Shown piece by piece: positions 18,653-28,759 of a DNA stretch of 64,000 nt; position 1 is the stretch's first letter; every line of letters starts with the position of its first letter. The stretch covers positions 544,001 to 608,000 of the forward strand of contig OY782391.1 in NCBI GenBank assembly GCA_963677745.1, in the 5' to 3' direction. This stretch comes from Candidatus Altimarinota bacterium (lineage in GTDB: Bacteria; Patescibacteriota; Gracilibacteria; UBA1369). The translations under genes and the position numbers were made by a program. The notes beneath the pieces are model-generated. The model saw only the letters and a program-made list of their open reading frames with translations. It was not told the origin of the DNA and ran no database searches.

Positions 18653-19308
18653 AAATTTACGCCAACTCAGCCGAAATCCTTGCCGCGCAAGTCCAGGAAA
18701 CAGGCCTGCCGCAGGAACTATTGCCTCTTTTGGACCGGCTGGACAAACCGCGCCGCGGCTGGCTCAAACGCTGCGTACACGAAGAAGGCATGGTGGAAGA
18801 CGCCCGGCAACATGTGGCCAAAGTGGTTTTGGCAGCTGCCGCCCTGGATTCCGAAAAATGGGGTATCAGCAATATCCGTCTCAGAACACAGTTACTCGTT
18901 CATGAACTGCCGGAAGTACTTGGTATAGACTGGACACCTGGAGAAATCAACGAACAAGAAAAACACCGGCTGGAAAGAGCCACTCTGGAACAACTGCTTC
19001 CCCCGGACTTTCCCAGCCGTTCAAAAATCATCCAACTCTGGCTGGAATATGAAATGGACAAAGGATTACCTTTCTTTCTGGACAAAATGGATGCCGTGGT
19101 TACCGCTGAATATTACGCGATGGTAAATCCGGATTACCTGCCGGTAGCCGAGGAATTTTACCAATACGGCTGTGAAAAAATCACCAGCCCCACTCTCAAA
19201 TTCATTCTCAGGAAAATGCACAGACAGACCATCAAAGATGCCGCACTTCCCAATAGGAATCCCGGAGGAATATTCCCGGCTTATTTCGGGCATTTAAATG
19301 AACTGTAG
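18649..19308 (+). CDS. HD-family hydrolase (YfbR/HDDC2 5'-deoxynucleotidase-like)
   Basis: PRRGW..EDARQH..LVHELPE..D.TP..EKHRLE..LWLEYE..LDKMD; ATGA overlap with the upstream gene. Confidence 0.75.
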   Translation: MKIYANSAEILAAQVQETGLPQELLPLLDRLDKPRRGWLKRCVHEEGMVEDARQHVAKVVLAAAALDSEKWGISNIRLRTQLLVHELPEVLGIDWTPGEINEQEKHRLERATLEQLLPPDFPSRSKIIQLWLEYEMDKGLPFFLDKMDAVVTAEYYAMVNPDYLPVAEEFYQYGCEKITSPTLKFILRKMHRQTIKDAALPNRNPGGIFPAYFGHLNEL

Positions 19309-19313
19309 AAAAC

Positions 19314-19907
19314 CTACTCCTTCAAAAGCTGATCCAGCTCTTTGATAAACTGACCATAGTTTTTATATTCAACCACCGCCATTCCAAGCGCTTTTGCCGG
19401 CTCCAAATTTTTCGGTCTATCTTCGACATAGATGCATTCTTCAGCTTCCACTCCAAGAAATTCAACTACTTTCCGGTATATCTCGGGATCCGGTTTGGCC
19501 AGACCGGTATTATATGAAGTCACAATAACATCAAACATCTCATCAAACCTTTTCTCCTTCAGAATCGGCTCCAACCACGACTCAATCTGATTGGACAAGA
19601 TAGCCAGTTTATATTTTCCCAAAAGCTTTTCGCGGACATACTGATACATTTCATCCCGAAACTCTGCTTTTTCCAAAACATAATCTTTAAAATCAGCTGC
19701 ACTCATCCCGGCCAACTTTCCCAGTCTCTCCCAAAAAAGCATCGAATCAATTTTGCCGAGACGTGCTTCATCCCACAAAGATTTTGACAAACTGTCCGCT
19801 TCTTCCGGATTCACACCAAGCTTCCCGCTGTTATTTTGCCAGAATTCCCGAATATCGACATCAGTTGAAAAAACCCCCCCGAAATCAAAAATAATTGCTT
19901 TATACAT
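19314..19907 (-). CDS. HAD-family phosphatase (YihX-like)
   Basis: IIFDFGGV, ILSN, KPDPEIY, YVEDRPKNL. Confidence 0.9.
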   Translation of the reverse strand: MYKAIIFDFGGVFSTDVDIREFWQNNSGKLGVNPEEADSLSKSLWDEARLGKIDSMLFWERLGKLAGMSAADFKDYVLEKAEFRDEMYQYVREKLLGKYKLAILSNQIESWLEPILKEKRFDEMFDVIVTSYNTGLAKPDPEIYRKVVEFLGVEAEECIYVEDRPKNLEPAKALGMAVVEYKNYGQFIKELDQLLKE

Positions 19908-19909
19908 AT

Positions 19910-20335
19910 TTATCTCTTCATAAATTCTCGCATTTTTTCAACGCAACCCCTGACTTCCGCAGCCACTTCCTCTCCCAACATGTTTTCCTTGGCGAAATTG
20001 ATAATGGGCCTGACTGACTCAATTTTCCTGCCAAATTTTTCCATCCAGTCATGCCGGGGAACCATCCACAGATGGAACGATCCGGAAGTCGTGTCTTCAT
20101 TTTGAAACAAATAGACGTCTTTTATGCCGAGGACATCAGTCATCCCCCGACGGACTTTACGGACCAGATTCATAAATTCCACGGACTCTTCATCGGTAAA
20201 TTCAGAAATGGATCTGATCGCGCGCAGCGGCGCAACTATAAAAAAGCCCGGAATGGGCACACTCCAGTCCTGATGGATATCAAAACGGTCTGTCACAATT
20301 ATTTTCTGATCCGGGAAAAGCATTTTGTCAGCCAT
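19910..20335 (-). CDS. HIT-family hydrolase
   Basis: PIPGFFIVAP..FQNED..FHLWMVPR (degenerate histidine triad). Confidence 0.75.
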   Translation of the reverse strand: MADKMLFPDQKIIVTDRFDIHQDWSVPIPGFFIVAPLRAIRSISEFTDEESVEFMNLVRKVRRGMTDVLGIKDVYLFQNEDTTSGSFHLWMVPRHDWMEKFGRKIESVRPIINFAKENMLGEEVAAEVRGCVEKMREFMKR

Positions 20336-20489
20336 AACAATAAATATAAGATGTATTCATGGTGCATATTATATACCGCTAAAAGACAATCCGAAAAGAT
20401 CGTCGAGCCGGAGGATTTCATTGCCGTAAACCGGCTGTCGGTAGTAGTATAAAGCCGCGAAAAGCAATTACCCCTCATTAACCATCATT

Positions 20490-20705
20490 ATGAAATTTTC
20501 AAAAAACGAAGGAGATACCGATCGGATAATCAGATTAATTGTAGCAGTGGCCTTGGCGGCGGTAGGATATTTTTTGCTTAACGGCACACTCCAAATAGTC
20601 TTCTATGTTGTCGCAGTAATATCACTTTTCACGGCACTGACCGGATTTTGCGGACTCTATACGCTTCTGCACATTAATACCTGTAAAACCTGCCACAAGA
20701 AATAA
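20490..20705 (+). CDS. DUF2892 (YgaP-like) small membrane protein
   Basis: NEGDTDRIIR..TALTGFCGLYTLLHINTC signature. Confidence 0.88.
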   Translation: MKFSKNEGDTDRIIRLIVAVALAAVGYFLLNGTLQIVFYVVAVISLFTALTGFCGLYTLLHINTCKTCHKK

Positions 20706-20804
20706 TCGCGGCTTTTCCTGTGTCCAGCTGCTTTTCCAAAAGTCTGTATCTATTCCGGTTGATAGCCCGTAAGGTGCTGACACTATTCCCTAAACACAAG
20801 AAAC

Positions 20805-20921
20805 ATGGAAGATACTACTCCCGTTGAAGCCGTAACAAAGACCGAAGAAGAAACCAAGACCGCCGAACCAGCCGCCACAGAAACCACTACCGAGAAAACC
20901 GAGGATCAGAAAGCTGCATAA
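20805..20921 (+). CDS. Small acidic Thr/Glu/Ala-rich protein (38 aa), absent from the ORF track
   Basis: MEDTTPVEAVTKTEEETKTAEPAATETTTEKTEDQKAA*, followed by a strong terminator. Confidence 0.6.
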   Translation: MEDTTPVEAVTKTEEETKTAEPAATETTTEKTEDQKAA

Positions 20922-20945
20922 TTCCTTTTACCAAAGGAAATAAAC

Positions 20946-20976
20946 AAAAACACCGCCTCCCGGCGGTGTTTTTTAT
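20946..20976 (+). terminator. Intrinsic terminator
   Basis: AAAAACACCGCC-TCCC-GGCGGTGTTTTTT. Confidence 0.85.
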
Positions 20977-21062
20977 TACCCGCCCAAACCAGAAATTTTA
21001 AAACCAGAGTTTTGACAAAAACAATTTGTGGTATATAACTTATATGTCATATTTTAACCTGA

Positions 21063-21935
21063 ATGCCACAGGAAACAATCAATCCCGGTGAAAACAATCT
21101 CAATGCCTGGGGGCAGGCCCTTAATGACATTCATCCGGGACTGGGCGATATTTACGATGAAGACAGGATGTTCGGCATCGGAGATCTTGACCGTTTCGAT
21201 TTGCCCAGATACAAAAGACTTTCCCTGCCCCTGACCGATTTTCTGAAAACCCCGGAATCTTATATTAAAAGCCTGGAATCGTCGGACCTCTACGTAAGTC
21301 TGAACCCGCACAATAAAAAACTCCCCCGCCAGAGACGGGTGATGGCCGTTGCCGATGTAGTCCCCTTTATTGCTGAACACGCAGGTAGCAACCCCGACCA
21401 GTTCGATATCCTGTTCCTGCAATATTTCGACAATCTTTATGGCGGCAATATTGTGGTCTCGGCGGACAACTACATGATCATAGAATTCAGAAAAGGCTAT
21501 CAGGGGCCGATTGCCAACGGTTCGGAGACTCCCCAATTCAGGGCAGCCAGAGACATTTTCACCGGGCATTTCTCCTATTCATTCGAAGATCGGGATCTGC
21601 GCGAAATGATTTACCGAACCGTACAAACAATCCCCCACCAACCTGAAAAAGAAGGGATCATTTATCTGCCCGGATATTACGAATTCGTGATTGTCCGCAA
21701 TCCGATTACCCGGGAACTGGAACCAAAATTCATCGACCTGAAAAGAAGTCTGGCCGAACTGTTCCAAAGAATCGACGTTTTCGCAGTAGCATCAGACCAC
21801 AGCGTTTTTCCTCTGGTGGAACAAGTCAGGGCATCCGTGGAAAAAAACTGGCCGGAAACGTTCAATCTGCCTGCAGCTTCTTCATCAATTCCCCGGCCTG
21901 ATGGAGTTTGTTCAGATCATCAAACCCGCCGATAA
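21063..21935 (+). CDS. Hypothetical protein (weak ATP-grasp-like C-terminal pattern)
   Basis: 290-aa ORF preceded by a TTGACA..TATATA promoter-like sequence; YGGNIVV..GYYEF..FIDL. Confidence 0.6.
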   Translation: MPQETINPGENNLNAWGQALNDIHPGLGDIYDEDRMFGIGDLDRFDLPRYKRLSLPLTDFLKTPESYIKSLESSDLYVSLNPHNKKLPRQRRVMAVADVVPFIAEHAGSNPDQFDILFLQYFDNLYGGNIVVSADNYMIIEFRKGYQGPIANGSETPQFRAARDIFTGHFSYSFEDRDLREMIYRTVQTIPHQPEKEGIIYLPGYYEFVIVRNPITRELEPKFIDLKRSLAELFQRIDVFAVASDHSVFPLVEQVRASVEKNWPETFNLPAASSSIPRPDGVCSDHQTRR

Positions 21936-22119
21936 ACTCTTCTCCAATCACGATCATCGGTACGGTCTGCCAATTATATTTTTGAGCCGTTTTTTCCCAA
22001 AGTCCGGTGTCCTGAGACAAATCCACATTGGAAAAAGGCACCTTCAGGTCTGTCAGCAGCTGCTTGGCCCGCTGGCAATAAGGACAAACCGCCGTGGAAT
22101 AAATTGTTACTGTTTTCAT
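21862..22119 (-). CDS. grxC: Glutaredoxin 3-like
   Basis: CPYC, TVP, IGGFDDL; start reassigned to MKTVTIYS (ATG 22119). Confidence 0.9.
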   Translation of the reverse strand: MKTVTIYSTAVCPYCQRAKQLLTDLKVPFSNVDLSQDTGLWEKTAQKYNWQTVPMIVIGEEFIGGFDDLNKLHQAGELMKKLQAD

Positions 22120-22132
22120 AAGATGAATATTA

Positions 22133-22678
22133 TTACTCAGATTCAAAACCAAAGCGTCCTGCCGGCAGCCACTTTTCATCCCGATGGGCAAACAAAGTGA
22201 TTGCCCCGACACGAAGTGTTTTCACCGGTACCTTCTTCCCTTTCAGAAACTCCCCGATTATCCCGAACTTCTCCGGGGTTACGTCCTTATAAGCCAGAGT
22301 AATATGGAAATGCGGGCCCTTTCTCCCCCGCAAATCTTCCACGACCGCAAAATTTTCCAGTAAAATCCCCGCTAATTGCGTTTTCAGATCAAACAAGACC
22401 GCGCTTTGTTCGACATCGATAAACCAGACGGTCTCGTCAAAATGATTAAAGTCCGTAACGGCCAAACTAAAGGCCTCCCTTTTTTTCGCAAACTGTTCCA
22501 AAACCGGTACTAACAAAGCCTTTTTACTTTCCTCCAACTCAAACGGCGGAAAGATTGTCAGGTGCGGCGGCAGACGCAGCGCTCCCTGTACCGAAAATTT
22601 TTCGGCAATCTCGATTCTTAATTCGTCCACCATCCGGGCATCATCCCCCTCCAGATTGTAACCGACAAAATATCTCAT
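22133..22678 (-). CDS. 2H phosphoesterase (2'-5' RNA ligase family)
   Basis: Two HxT motifs: PPHLTIFPPF and PHFHITLA. Confidence 0.88.
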   Translation of the reverse strand: MRYFVGYNLEGDDARMVDELRIEIAEKFSVQGALRLPPHLTIFPPFELEESKKALLVPVLEQFAKKREAFSLAVTDFNHFDETVWFIDVEQSAVLFDLKTQLAGILLENFAVVEDLRGRKGPHFHITLAYKDVTPEKFGIIGEFLKGKKVPVKTLRVGAITLFAHRDEKWLPAGRFGFESE

Positions 22679-23574
22679 CAGTTTGGAAAAATTCTTGCCA
22701 ATAAAAGCCGGCGGGAAAAATCGTCAATCTGCATATCATCAGCGAGAGCGTTCACCTCTTCCACAGTCAGACCATTGCAATATAAATCTCCATAATCACC
22801 CAATCCCTTGATTATATACATGCGGTGATCCAGTTTTTCATCCAGCGCACCGGTAATCACCCGGACACCGGGAAATTGATTGACCTCCTTCACACCCACG
22901 GGGGCGGACAGAACCGAATTCACAATCAACCTTCCGGGTTTCATTCCCCTGTTCAGTATTCTCCGGAAAGCATCCACCGCCGTTCCTCCAGTGGCCAGCA
23001 TTGGATCTGCCACCACCACCGTATCTCCGTCATTAACTATTTCACTGTTTTCATAGTCCACCATTGGTTCACCAGTTTTTTCGTTGCGCTTGGTACTGAC
23101 ATGATAAAAACGCCTTACCCCGTTATTCAAAAAAGCCCGACCAAAAGCCAGACCGGCCCGCCAGGGCACAACCACCACGGTTGTTTCTGGATTTAGTCCC
23201 TCCATGGTTTGCGCAACTATCGCCTCAGTAATTAAATTGGAATTCTCTCTGAATTCCGGCCCCGAACAACGTTCCTCCGGCCGGTCCGGATAGCCTCGCC
23301 GTATTGTCTCAAAAGCCTGCCTCAGCTGCTCATTCAGTATCAACGGCTCACAAAGTCCCTGCTGCAAAATCGACTCTCTGTCACAGCCTTTATTGATCTT
23401 TCTTTCCAGTTCCGCCTGGTTCGCTTCATCCAAAAATCCATCTGCAGCTTCCGCCGTCACCCGCCTTTCCATCATTACGTCCTCCGTCAGCTTGCCCGGG
23501 ACTTCGGCCGGTTGTCCGGTCATTCCTTCATGCGAAAAAAGCCCACCTCCGTTTCCCAATGTGTTTATAGTCAT
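22678..23574 (-). CDS. upp: Uracil phosphoribosyltransferase with N-terminal extension
   Basis: VPWRAG, VADPMLATGGT PRPP motif, YIIKGLGDYGD. Confidence 0.85.
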   Translation of the reverse strand: MTINTLGNGGGLFSHEGMTGQPAEVPGKLTEDVMMERRVTAEAADGFLDEANQAELERKINKGCDRESILQQGLCEPLILNEQLRQAFETIRRGYPDRPEERCSGPEFRENSNLITEAIVAQTMEGLNPETTVVVVPWRAGLAFGRAFLNNGVRRFYHVSTKRNEKTGEPMVDYENSEIVNDGDTVVVADPMLATGGTAVDAFRRILNRGMKPGRLIVNSVLSAPVGVKEVNQFPGVRVITGALDEKLDHRMYIIKGLGDYGDLYCNGLTVEEVNALADDMQIDDFSRRLLLARIFPN

Positions 23575-23671
23575 GGGTAAAAGGTAAATTTATATCTGAT
23601 CAAATTTACCAAATTTTTCAGGAATGTTAAGAAATTACCCTGGACAAAACCGGATTTCGCAAACCCCACAA

Positions 23672-24115
23672 TTATTGACAATCCTGACTCAACGAAATTC
23701 CCGCCTCCTGCCAGGCCAATATTCCGCCTTTCAACTCAGAAATATTCTTAAACCCCGCTTGCCTCATTCTGACAGCGGCATCTGCACTTCTCTTCCCGCT
23801 GCGGCAATACAGCAGATATTCCGCATCTTTATTCAGTTCAGAAATTTTCTTATCAAAAGAATCGGATTTAATGTCGATATTTCTAGCCCCAGGCAGACAG
23901 CCGGCCTGAAATTCTTCCGGGGTCCTTACGTCCAACACCTTTAGCGTCCCGCTTACCGTGTTGTCCTGCAAAAGTGAACCGACCTGAGCAGGCGTCTTCA
24001 AAGGATCTACTGCACCTGCTGTCAACACATTGGTTTTCAAATCCGCCGTCGCCGCACAACCCGAAAATAACAATACTAAACAAGCGCCAACCAGCATATA
24101 TTTTATATTTTTCAT
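23672..24115 (-). CDS. Rhodanese-domain lipoprotein
   Basis: Lipobox LFSGC; LDVRTPEEF, YCRSGKRS, LKGGILAW; start taken at MKNIKY. Confidence 0.88.
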   Translation of the reverse strand: MKNIKYMLVGACLVLLFSGCAATADLKTNVLTAGAVDPLKTPAQVGSLLQDNTVSGTLKVLDVRTPEEFQAGCLPGARNIDIKSDSFDKKISELNKDAEYLLYCRSGKRSADAAVRMRQAGFKNISELKGGILAWQEAGISLSQDCQ

Positions 24116-24160
24116 AATCAAAACAATTAATCTCCTCAAACACGAACATCATACACCCAA

Positions 24161-24730
24161 TTATTTTCTGACTACAAACACCACGTATCGTTCAGATCCA
24201 ACGTCAATAACCAGGGTTTCCTTTGGTTGTTCAACCTGTGAACGATAAGCAATTCCCCAGAAATCACCCAGTTTCACCTTGGTCATAAAGGCTGTTGCTC
24301 CATCCAGACGTATTTCCTTCTCATCAAGAACCGGAGGCCAAAACATCATGGTTTCTGTTACCATGCCGCTAAAAACCGGATTCACGTGAAAAACATTTTC
24401 TTTTCCGGGTTTGAGAACCTTGACACCGAAAGTACCAAAGGTGACCATCACCGCCTGACCGTTATCTTCAACTTTCTTGTCAATACAGGCGCTCAAATCA
24501 TGTTCCGCGCTGGTCAGCTTGCTTTCCAGTTCCTGGACTTTTTGTGCCTCATTTCCGGCGGCGCAACCGGCCAACAGAGCTGCACTGACCAGCGCTACTG
24601 CGGAACAAAATTTGGTCACCGGACTAGACGGGACGGGAATTTCCGCTTCCGTTTCAACTGCTTTGTTGAAGTCAGCGACAACTTCAAATTTGCGATTCTC
24701 TTCCCCGACCAAGCAACTTTTCCTATTCAT
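24161..24730 (-). CDS. Hypothetical lipoprotein
   Basis: LLAGC lipobox after a ~40-aa N-terminal extension, followed by a short coiled coil. Confidence 0.6.
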   Translation of the reverse strand: MNRKSCLVGEENRKFEVVADFNKAVETEAEIPVPSSPVTKFCSAVALVSAALLAGCAAGNEAQKVQELESKLTSAEHDLSACIDKKVEDNGQAVMVTFGTFGVKVLKPGKENVFHVNPVFSGMVTETMMFWPPVLDEKEIRLDGATAFMTKVKLGDFWGIAYRSQVEQPKETLVIDVGSERYVVFVVRK

Positions 24731-24777
24731 AATTGTTGATTGTTAAGGAAGAATACTATCAGGATTTTTGTCAAATT

Positions 24778-26595
24778 TCAATCCGATAATTTGTTCAGAA
24801 TTTCCAGCTCCTGATTCATGGTGTCGTCCCCGATTGCTTTCATTTCTTTAGCGAAATATTCACCAAAATCACCCATGATCTTGCGATATTGTCTGTCCAC
24901 GTTCAGATTAACCGACTGGCGTTCCCATTCACCCAGACGGATCTCACAGCGGGGAGGCATGGGTGGCATACAACGGTACTCGGGACACCGGATACCGGTT
25001 TCATAGACAATAATAGGAGGACAGGGCACTTCCACCGGATGATCTTTCCAGCGTATTTCATCAATCAGCCAGTCCTTCATCAGATTGACATAACGGGTCA
25101 GCAAAATCGCCTTGCGAATACCGGTATTGTCATAATAATCAACGGATTTATCGGCAAAATTGATCACTTTTTCATCACTGTCTTTTTTACCGTTTCTGTC
25201 TTCATAACTTACCTTTAATACCAGTTTACCGCTGCTCTCCTCACTCCCGGTTTTATTCAATTTCAGCAGAATTATTCCCCCCTTGGTTTCACCGCCTTCG
25301 GTTTTGGACGGAAAAAGAGTATTCACCTTCATAATTTCTCCGGTTGACTCGTCCGCTTCCGGCGAACCATACACTTTCTCAATCTCATAACCCTGTGCAT
25401 CCAGCTGCAGCTTCAGATCAAATACCAGCGGAGTAACCATATAATCAAAATCCTCATCCAGCACTTTCTTGAATTCCTTGGCTGAATGTACCGAAAAATA
25501 ATTGGCCCCTCGGATTTTGGTCAGACTCTCCACCAGCTCGGTGTTAAAATCCACGCCTACTCCGATCAAAGTCGTATAGATATTGTTCTGAGAATTACGA
25601 TCCAGTATTCCTCCCAAACCTTCCTCGCTGGTATCCCCAATGTTGGGCATGGCATCGGTAATAAAAACAATGCGGTTTTCATACTGGTCGGGATCAGCTT
25701 CCGAAAGTTCCCGCAGCATGGACGACGCTTTTGTCATTCCGGCTTCCATATAGGTACCGCCCCTCTCAAAAAGTTCCATGATATGATCCTTGGTTTTCTG
25801 CATATCGGTCTGGCCCACTTTATTCAGTGGTTTGGCCAGATAGGCATCGTCGTCAAACAACACCAGCCCGAACCGGTCATCGTCTTTTAAATGATCCAGC
25901 AGTGCCACAACCGATTTGGAAGCAATTTGCATTTTAGTCTGGCCTTCTTCTTGCCCTTCCCTGTCTCCGCCGACAGACAGTCCCACCTTATTGCCGAAAC
26001 GGTCGTAATAATACTCGTTGAAAGGAGATCCCATCGAGCCGGAGATATCCATCACCACCACCAGATTAAGTTTCTTGCGCTGGAAATCCGATTCTTTGAT
26101 TCCCGAATTCAAACCGACCGACAAATAGTATTCAGATTTTTCGGAAAGCGGATCTTTGGAAACAGCGGTACTGTAAGACGGACAAAAAAGTTTCGTGCAT
26201 TCCTCCTTTTTGCCGGTATCAAAAAAATAATTATAAAACAGTCCCTCATAGGTAATATCGGTCGGAATCGGCAAAAAGCCGTTCTTGATATTTTCGCGGA
26301 AATTATTGACGTCTTTGGCACCGCCCACCGCAAAACCAAGGTTGCCCGCCCCAGAAGGAGCCGCCTCCATCGCCATAGGCATCATTGTCTTCATCATTCC
26401 GCCGGTAGCCTGCGCGTAATCATTCTCCGTTGACCGCGGATTGTATTCCCAGTCGTCAACTTTCTGAGCCGTTTGTGTCTGCTGATTCTGATTTTGCTGA
26501 TTCTGGTTCTGCCCGCTATCAGGGGGAAATAGAGCACAACCGGTCAAAGTCAGAACGTAAACCGAAAGGAATAAACCTGAAAATATTTTATGCAT
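24778..26595 (-). CDS. von Willebrand factor A domain lipoprotein (YfbK-like)
   Basis: Lipobox LTGC; MIDAS DISGS, GGT, FITDA. Confidence 0.88.
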   Translation of the reverse strand: MHKIFSGLFLSVYVLTLTGCALFPPDSGQNQNQQNQNQQTQTAQKVDDWEYNPRSTENDYAQATGGMMKTMMPMAMEAAPSGAGNLGFAVGGAKDVNNFRENIKNGFLPIPTDITYEGLFYNYFFDTGKKEECTKLFCPSYSTAVSKDPLSEKSEYYLSVGLNSGIKESDFQRKKLNLVVVMDISGSMGSPFNEYYYDRFGNKVGLSVGGDREGQEEGQTKMQIASKSVVALLDHLKDDDRFGLVLFDDDAYLAKPLNKVGQTDMQKTKDHIMELFERGGTYMEAGMTKASSMLRELSEADPDQYENRIVFITDAMPNIGDTSEEGLGGILDRNSQNNIYTTLIGVGVDFNTELVESLTKIRGANYFSVHSAKEFKKVLDEDFDYMVTPLVFDLKLQLDAQGYEIEKVYGSPEADESTGEIMKVNTLFPSKTEGGETKGGIILLKLNKTGSEESSGKLVLKVSYEDRNGKKDSDEKVINFADKSVDYYDNTGIRKAILLTRYVNLMKDWLIDEIRWKDHPVEVPCPPIIVYETGIRCPEYRCMPPMPPRCEIRLGEWERQSVNLNVDRQYRKIMGDFGEYFAKEMKAIGDDTMNQELEILNKLSD

Positions 26596-26672
26596 GGTGT
26601 GATATTTATTTTCTACCGCCTTATAATATCCACCAACCTTGAAAAAATTACCAGTTTCCCGTTTTCGGGACG

Positions 26673-27419
26673 TCAGATTTGTATTCTTTTGAAGAAAAAT
26701 GCTCCCATATAAAGGAAAAACAAAGTAACCAGCGACAATACCAACACATCCAGGCTCAACCCGTAATGACCGGTGTTGACCAGCAGGTCACGTAACGCGT
26801 CAATTCCATAGGAAAGAGGATCCAGTCTGGCCACCACCGCCAGAACGGGAGGCAAACCCTGTAAAGGGAACAGTGCTCCGGACATGAAAAAGAGAGGCAT
26901 AATCAGAAAATTGATAATCAGCTGAAAACCCTGCATATCGTCAAGCAGCGAGGCAATCATCGTACCCAGTGCCGTAAAAAGCAGGGCAATCACAAACATC
27001 ACCAGCATGGCGGGCGCGACAGCCCACCAGTTCTCCGGCCTGAAACCGAAAATCATCGCCACCAGCATCACCACCACTCCCTGCAGGGTCGCCACTGTCG
27101 CGCCCCCCAGAGTCCGGCCCAGCATGATATGAAATCTGGACATCGGCGCCACCAAAGTTTCCTTTAAAAAACCGAATTGCCGGTCCCATATAACCTCCAT
27201 ACCGGAAAAAATCGCCGTAAAAATAATGCTCATCCCGATTATCCCCGGCGCCAGAAAATTAAAATAATTCCCCTGCCCCGCCTGCTGAAAAACCGGCCCA
27301 AACCCGTATCCCATCGACAACAGGTACAGCAGCGGCTGCGCCAGCGACCCGATCATGCGGGATCTGGAACGGAGATATCTTTTAATCTGTCTTAACCAAA
27401 GAATATAGATTTTATTCAT
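26673..27419 (-). CDS. ABC-2 type transporter permease (DrrB-like)
   Basis: Six TM helices; DRQFGFLKETLVAP, SGALFP, DPLSYGID. Confidence 0.92.
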   Translation of the reverse strand: MNKIYILWLRQIKRYLRSRSRMIGSLAQPLLYLLSMGYGFGPVFQQAGQGNYFNFLAPGIIGMSIIFTAIFSGMEVIWDRQFGFLKETLVAPMSRFHIMLGRTLGGATVATLQGVVVMLVAMIFGFRPENWWAVAPAMLVMFVIALLFTALGTMIASLLDDMQGFQLIINFLIMPLFFMSGALFPLQGLPPVLAVVARLDPLSYGIDALRDLLVNTGHYGLSLDVLVLSLVTLFFLYMGAFFFKRIQI

Positions 27420-27430
27420 GTTTATTATAA

Positions 27431-28219
27431 TTATCTTTTCCAGCCTCGCCGCAGCATTGATCTCATCCGGTCCGTCGGCCCGGCTGCTTCTTCCCTGATC
27501 GAATCGCCGGTCAAAACCAGAAAGGCCGCTTCCAGTGAATCCGTGCCGGTCTGTTTTTTCAGATCCTCGGACTTGCCGATCGCCACAATTTTTCCGTGAT
27601 CGATTACTGCTATTCTCTGGGCGATTTTATCGGCCTCCTCCATGTAATGAGTGGTAAAAAAAACAGTGGTTCCCTCCTTCTTATTCAACTCCTTCAGATA
27701 GGCCCACATATGATTTCTGGTCTGCGGATCCAACCCCAGCGTCGGTTCGTCCAGAAAAATAATTTTTGGATGATGCAACAAGCCACGAGCCACCTCCAGC
27801 CGCCGCTTCATGCCCCCGGAAAACTCTTTAACCAGACTGTCCTTGCGATCCCACAGATCGACAAACTTCAAAAGCATCTCTATCCGCTCCCTGCGCGTTT
27901 TTTTTGCAATGTCGTAAAGCACGCCGTGAAACTCCATATTTTCGTAGGCAGTCAACTCGTCATCCAGGCTGGGATCCTGGAAAACTATGCCGAAAGAACG
28001 GCGTACCTGTTCCGGATGGTCCACCGGGTTATGGTTGTTCAGACAGATTTTCCCCGATGTGGGCCGGAGCAGCGTGGTAAGCATTTTAATCGTGGTCGAT
28101 TTACCCGCTCCGTTTGGTCCCAGAAAAGCAAATATTTCACCGTTGCCGACCTCGAAAGAGATCTCGTTAACCGCAATAAAATCACCGAATTTCTTGGTCA
28201 GTTTTTCTACTTTAATCAT
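27431..28219 (-). CDS. ABC transporter ATP-binding protein (DrrA-like)
   Basis: GPNGAGKST, FSGGMKRR, FLDEPT, TTHYMEEA. Confidence 0.95.
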   Translation of the reverse strand: MIKVEKLTKKFGDFIAVNEISFEVGNGEIFAFLGPNGAGKSTTIKMLTTLLRPTSGKICLNNHNPVDHPEQVRRSFGIVFQDPSLDDELTAYENMEFHGVLYDIAKKTRRERIEMLLKFVDLWDRKDSLVKEFSGGMKRRLEVARGLLHHPKIIFLDEPTLGLDPQTRNHMWAYLKELNKKEGTTVFFTTHYMEEADKIAQRIAVIDHGKIVAIGKSEDLKKQTGTDSLEAAFLVLTGDSIREEAAGPTDRMRSMLRRGWKR

Positions 28220-28689
28220 GATTTATTTTTCTTATTCAAAATATGTTCGGAAACTTTCCGGTTCAATTTGGCGTAACCGGCCAGTTCCCTGTCATTAAGT
28301 ATTTTAAACATGGATTCAAAACGACCAAGCATAGCTTTCTTCATTCTGTTCATTTCCCTGCCGCAACCGGCAGTCAGCCCCAGTTTCAAAAAACGGCGGT
28401 CCTTCGTATCGGCTTTTCTGGTCAGATAACCGCTTTGCACCAGCCCTTCCACCATTTGTGTGGCGGCGCTGGCGCTGACCCCGAGCGTCCCGGCCAGTTC
28501 CTTGATACTCAGTTTTGACCCGGCTTTCACCGCCGCCAGCACCGCCCACTGGGAATGCGTGATGGAACCGGCAGAGGAAACCTTGGAGTCCCTGCCCGAC
28601 TGCTTTTTCGCGGCTTGATAAGCCAAATTATGCTTGATTGTCCATAAAGACTGCATAATTGTCTCGATGTTTTCTTTTCTGACGGTCAA
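28216..28689 (-). CDS. MarR-family transcriptional regulator
   Basis: wHTH SIKELA..VSASAATQMVEGL..GYLTR..DRR. Confidence 0.9.
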   Translation of the reverse strand: MTVRKENIETIMQSLWTIKHNLAYQAAKKQSGRDSKVSSAGSITHSQWAVLAAVKAGSKLSIKELAGTLGVSASAATQMVEGLVQSGYLTRKADTKDRRFLKLGLTAGCGREMNRMKKAMLGRFESMFKILNDRELAGYAKLNRKVSEHILNKKNKS

Positions 28690-28700
28690 AATAAAATCAA

Positions 28701-28713
28701 TTAAGTTACTTAA
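28701..28713. promoter_or_regulatory. Candidate MarR operator
   Basis: Palindrome TTAAGT-T-ACTTAA 12 bp upstream of the marR start. Confidence 0.55.
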
Positions 28714-28759
28714 CGCATAAGCATCTTAACCATTATTCCGGATCGGTCAAGAAACAAGA

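Noticed and set aside
21862-21935. Convergent 3' overlaps (also 48722-48770)
   Set aside because: Short tail overlaps are common in compact genomes; no sign of function
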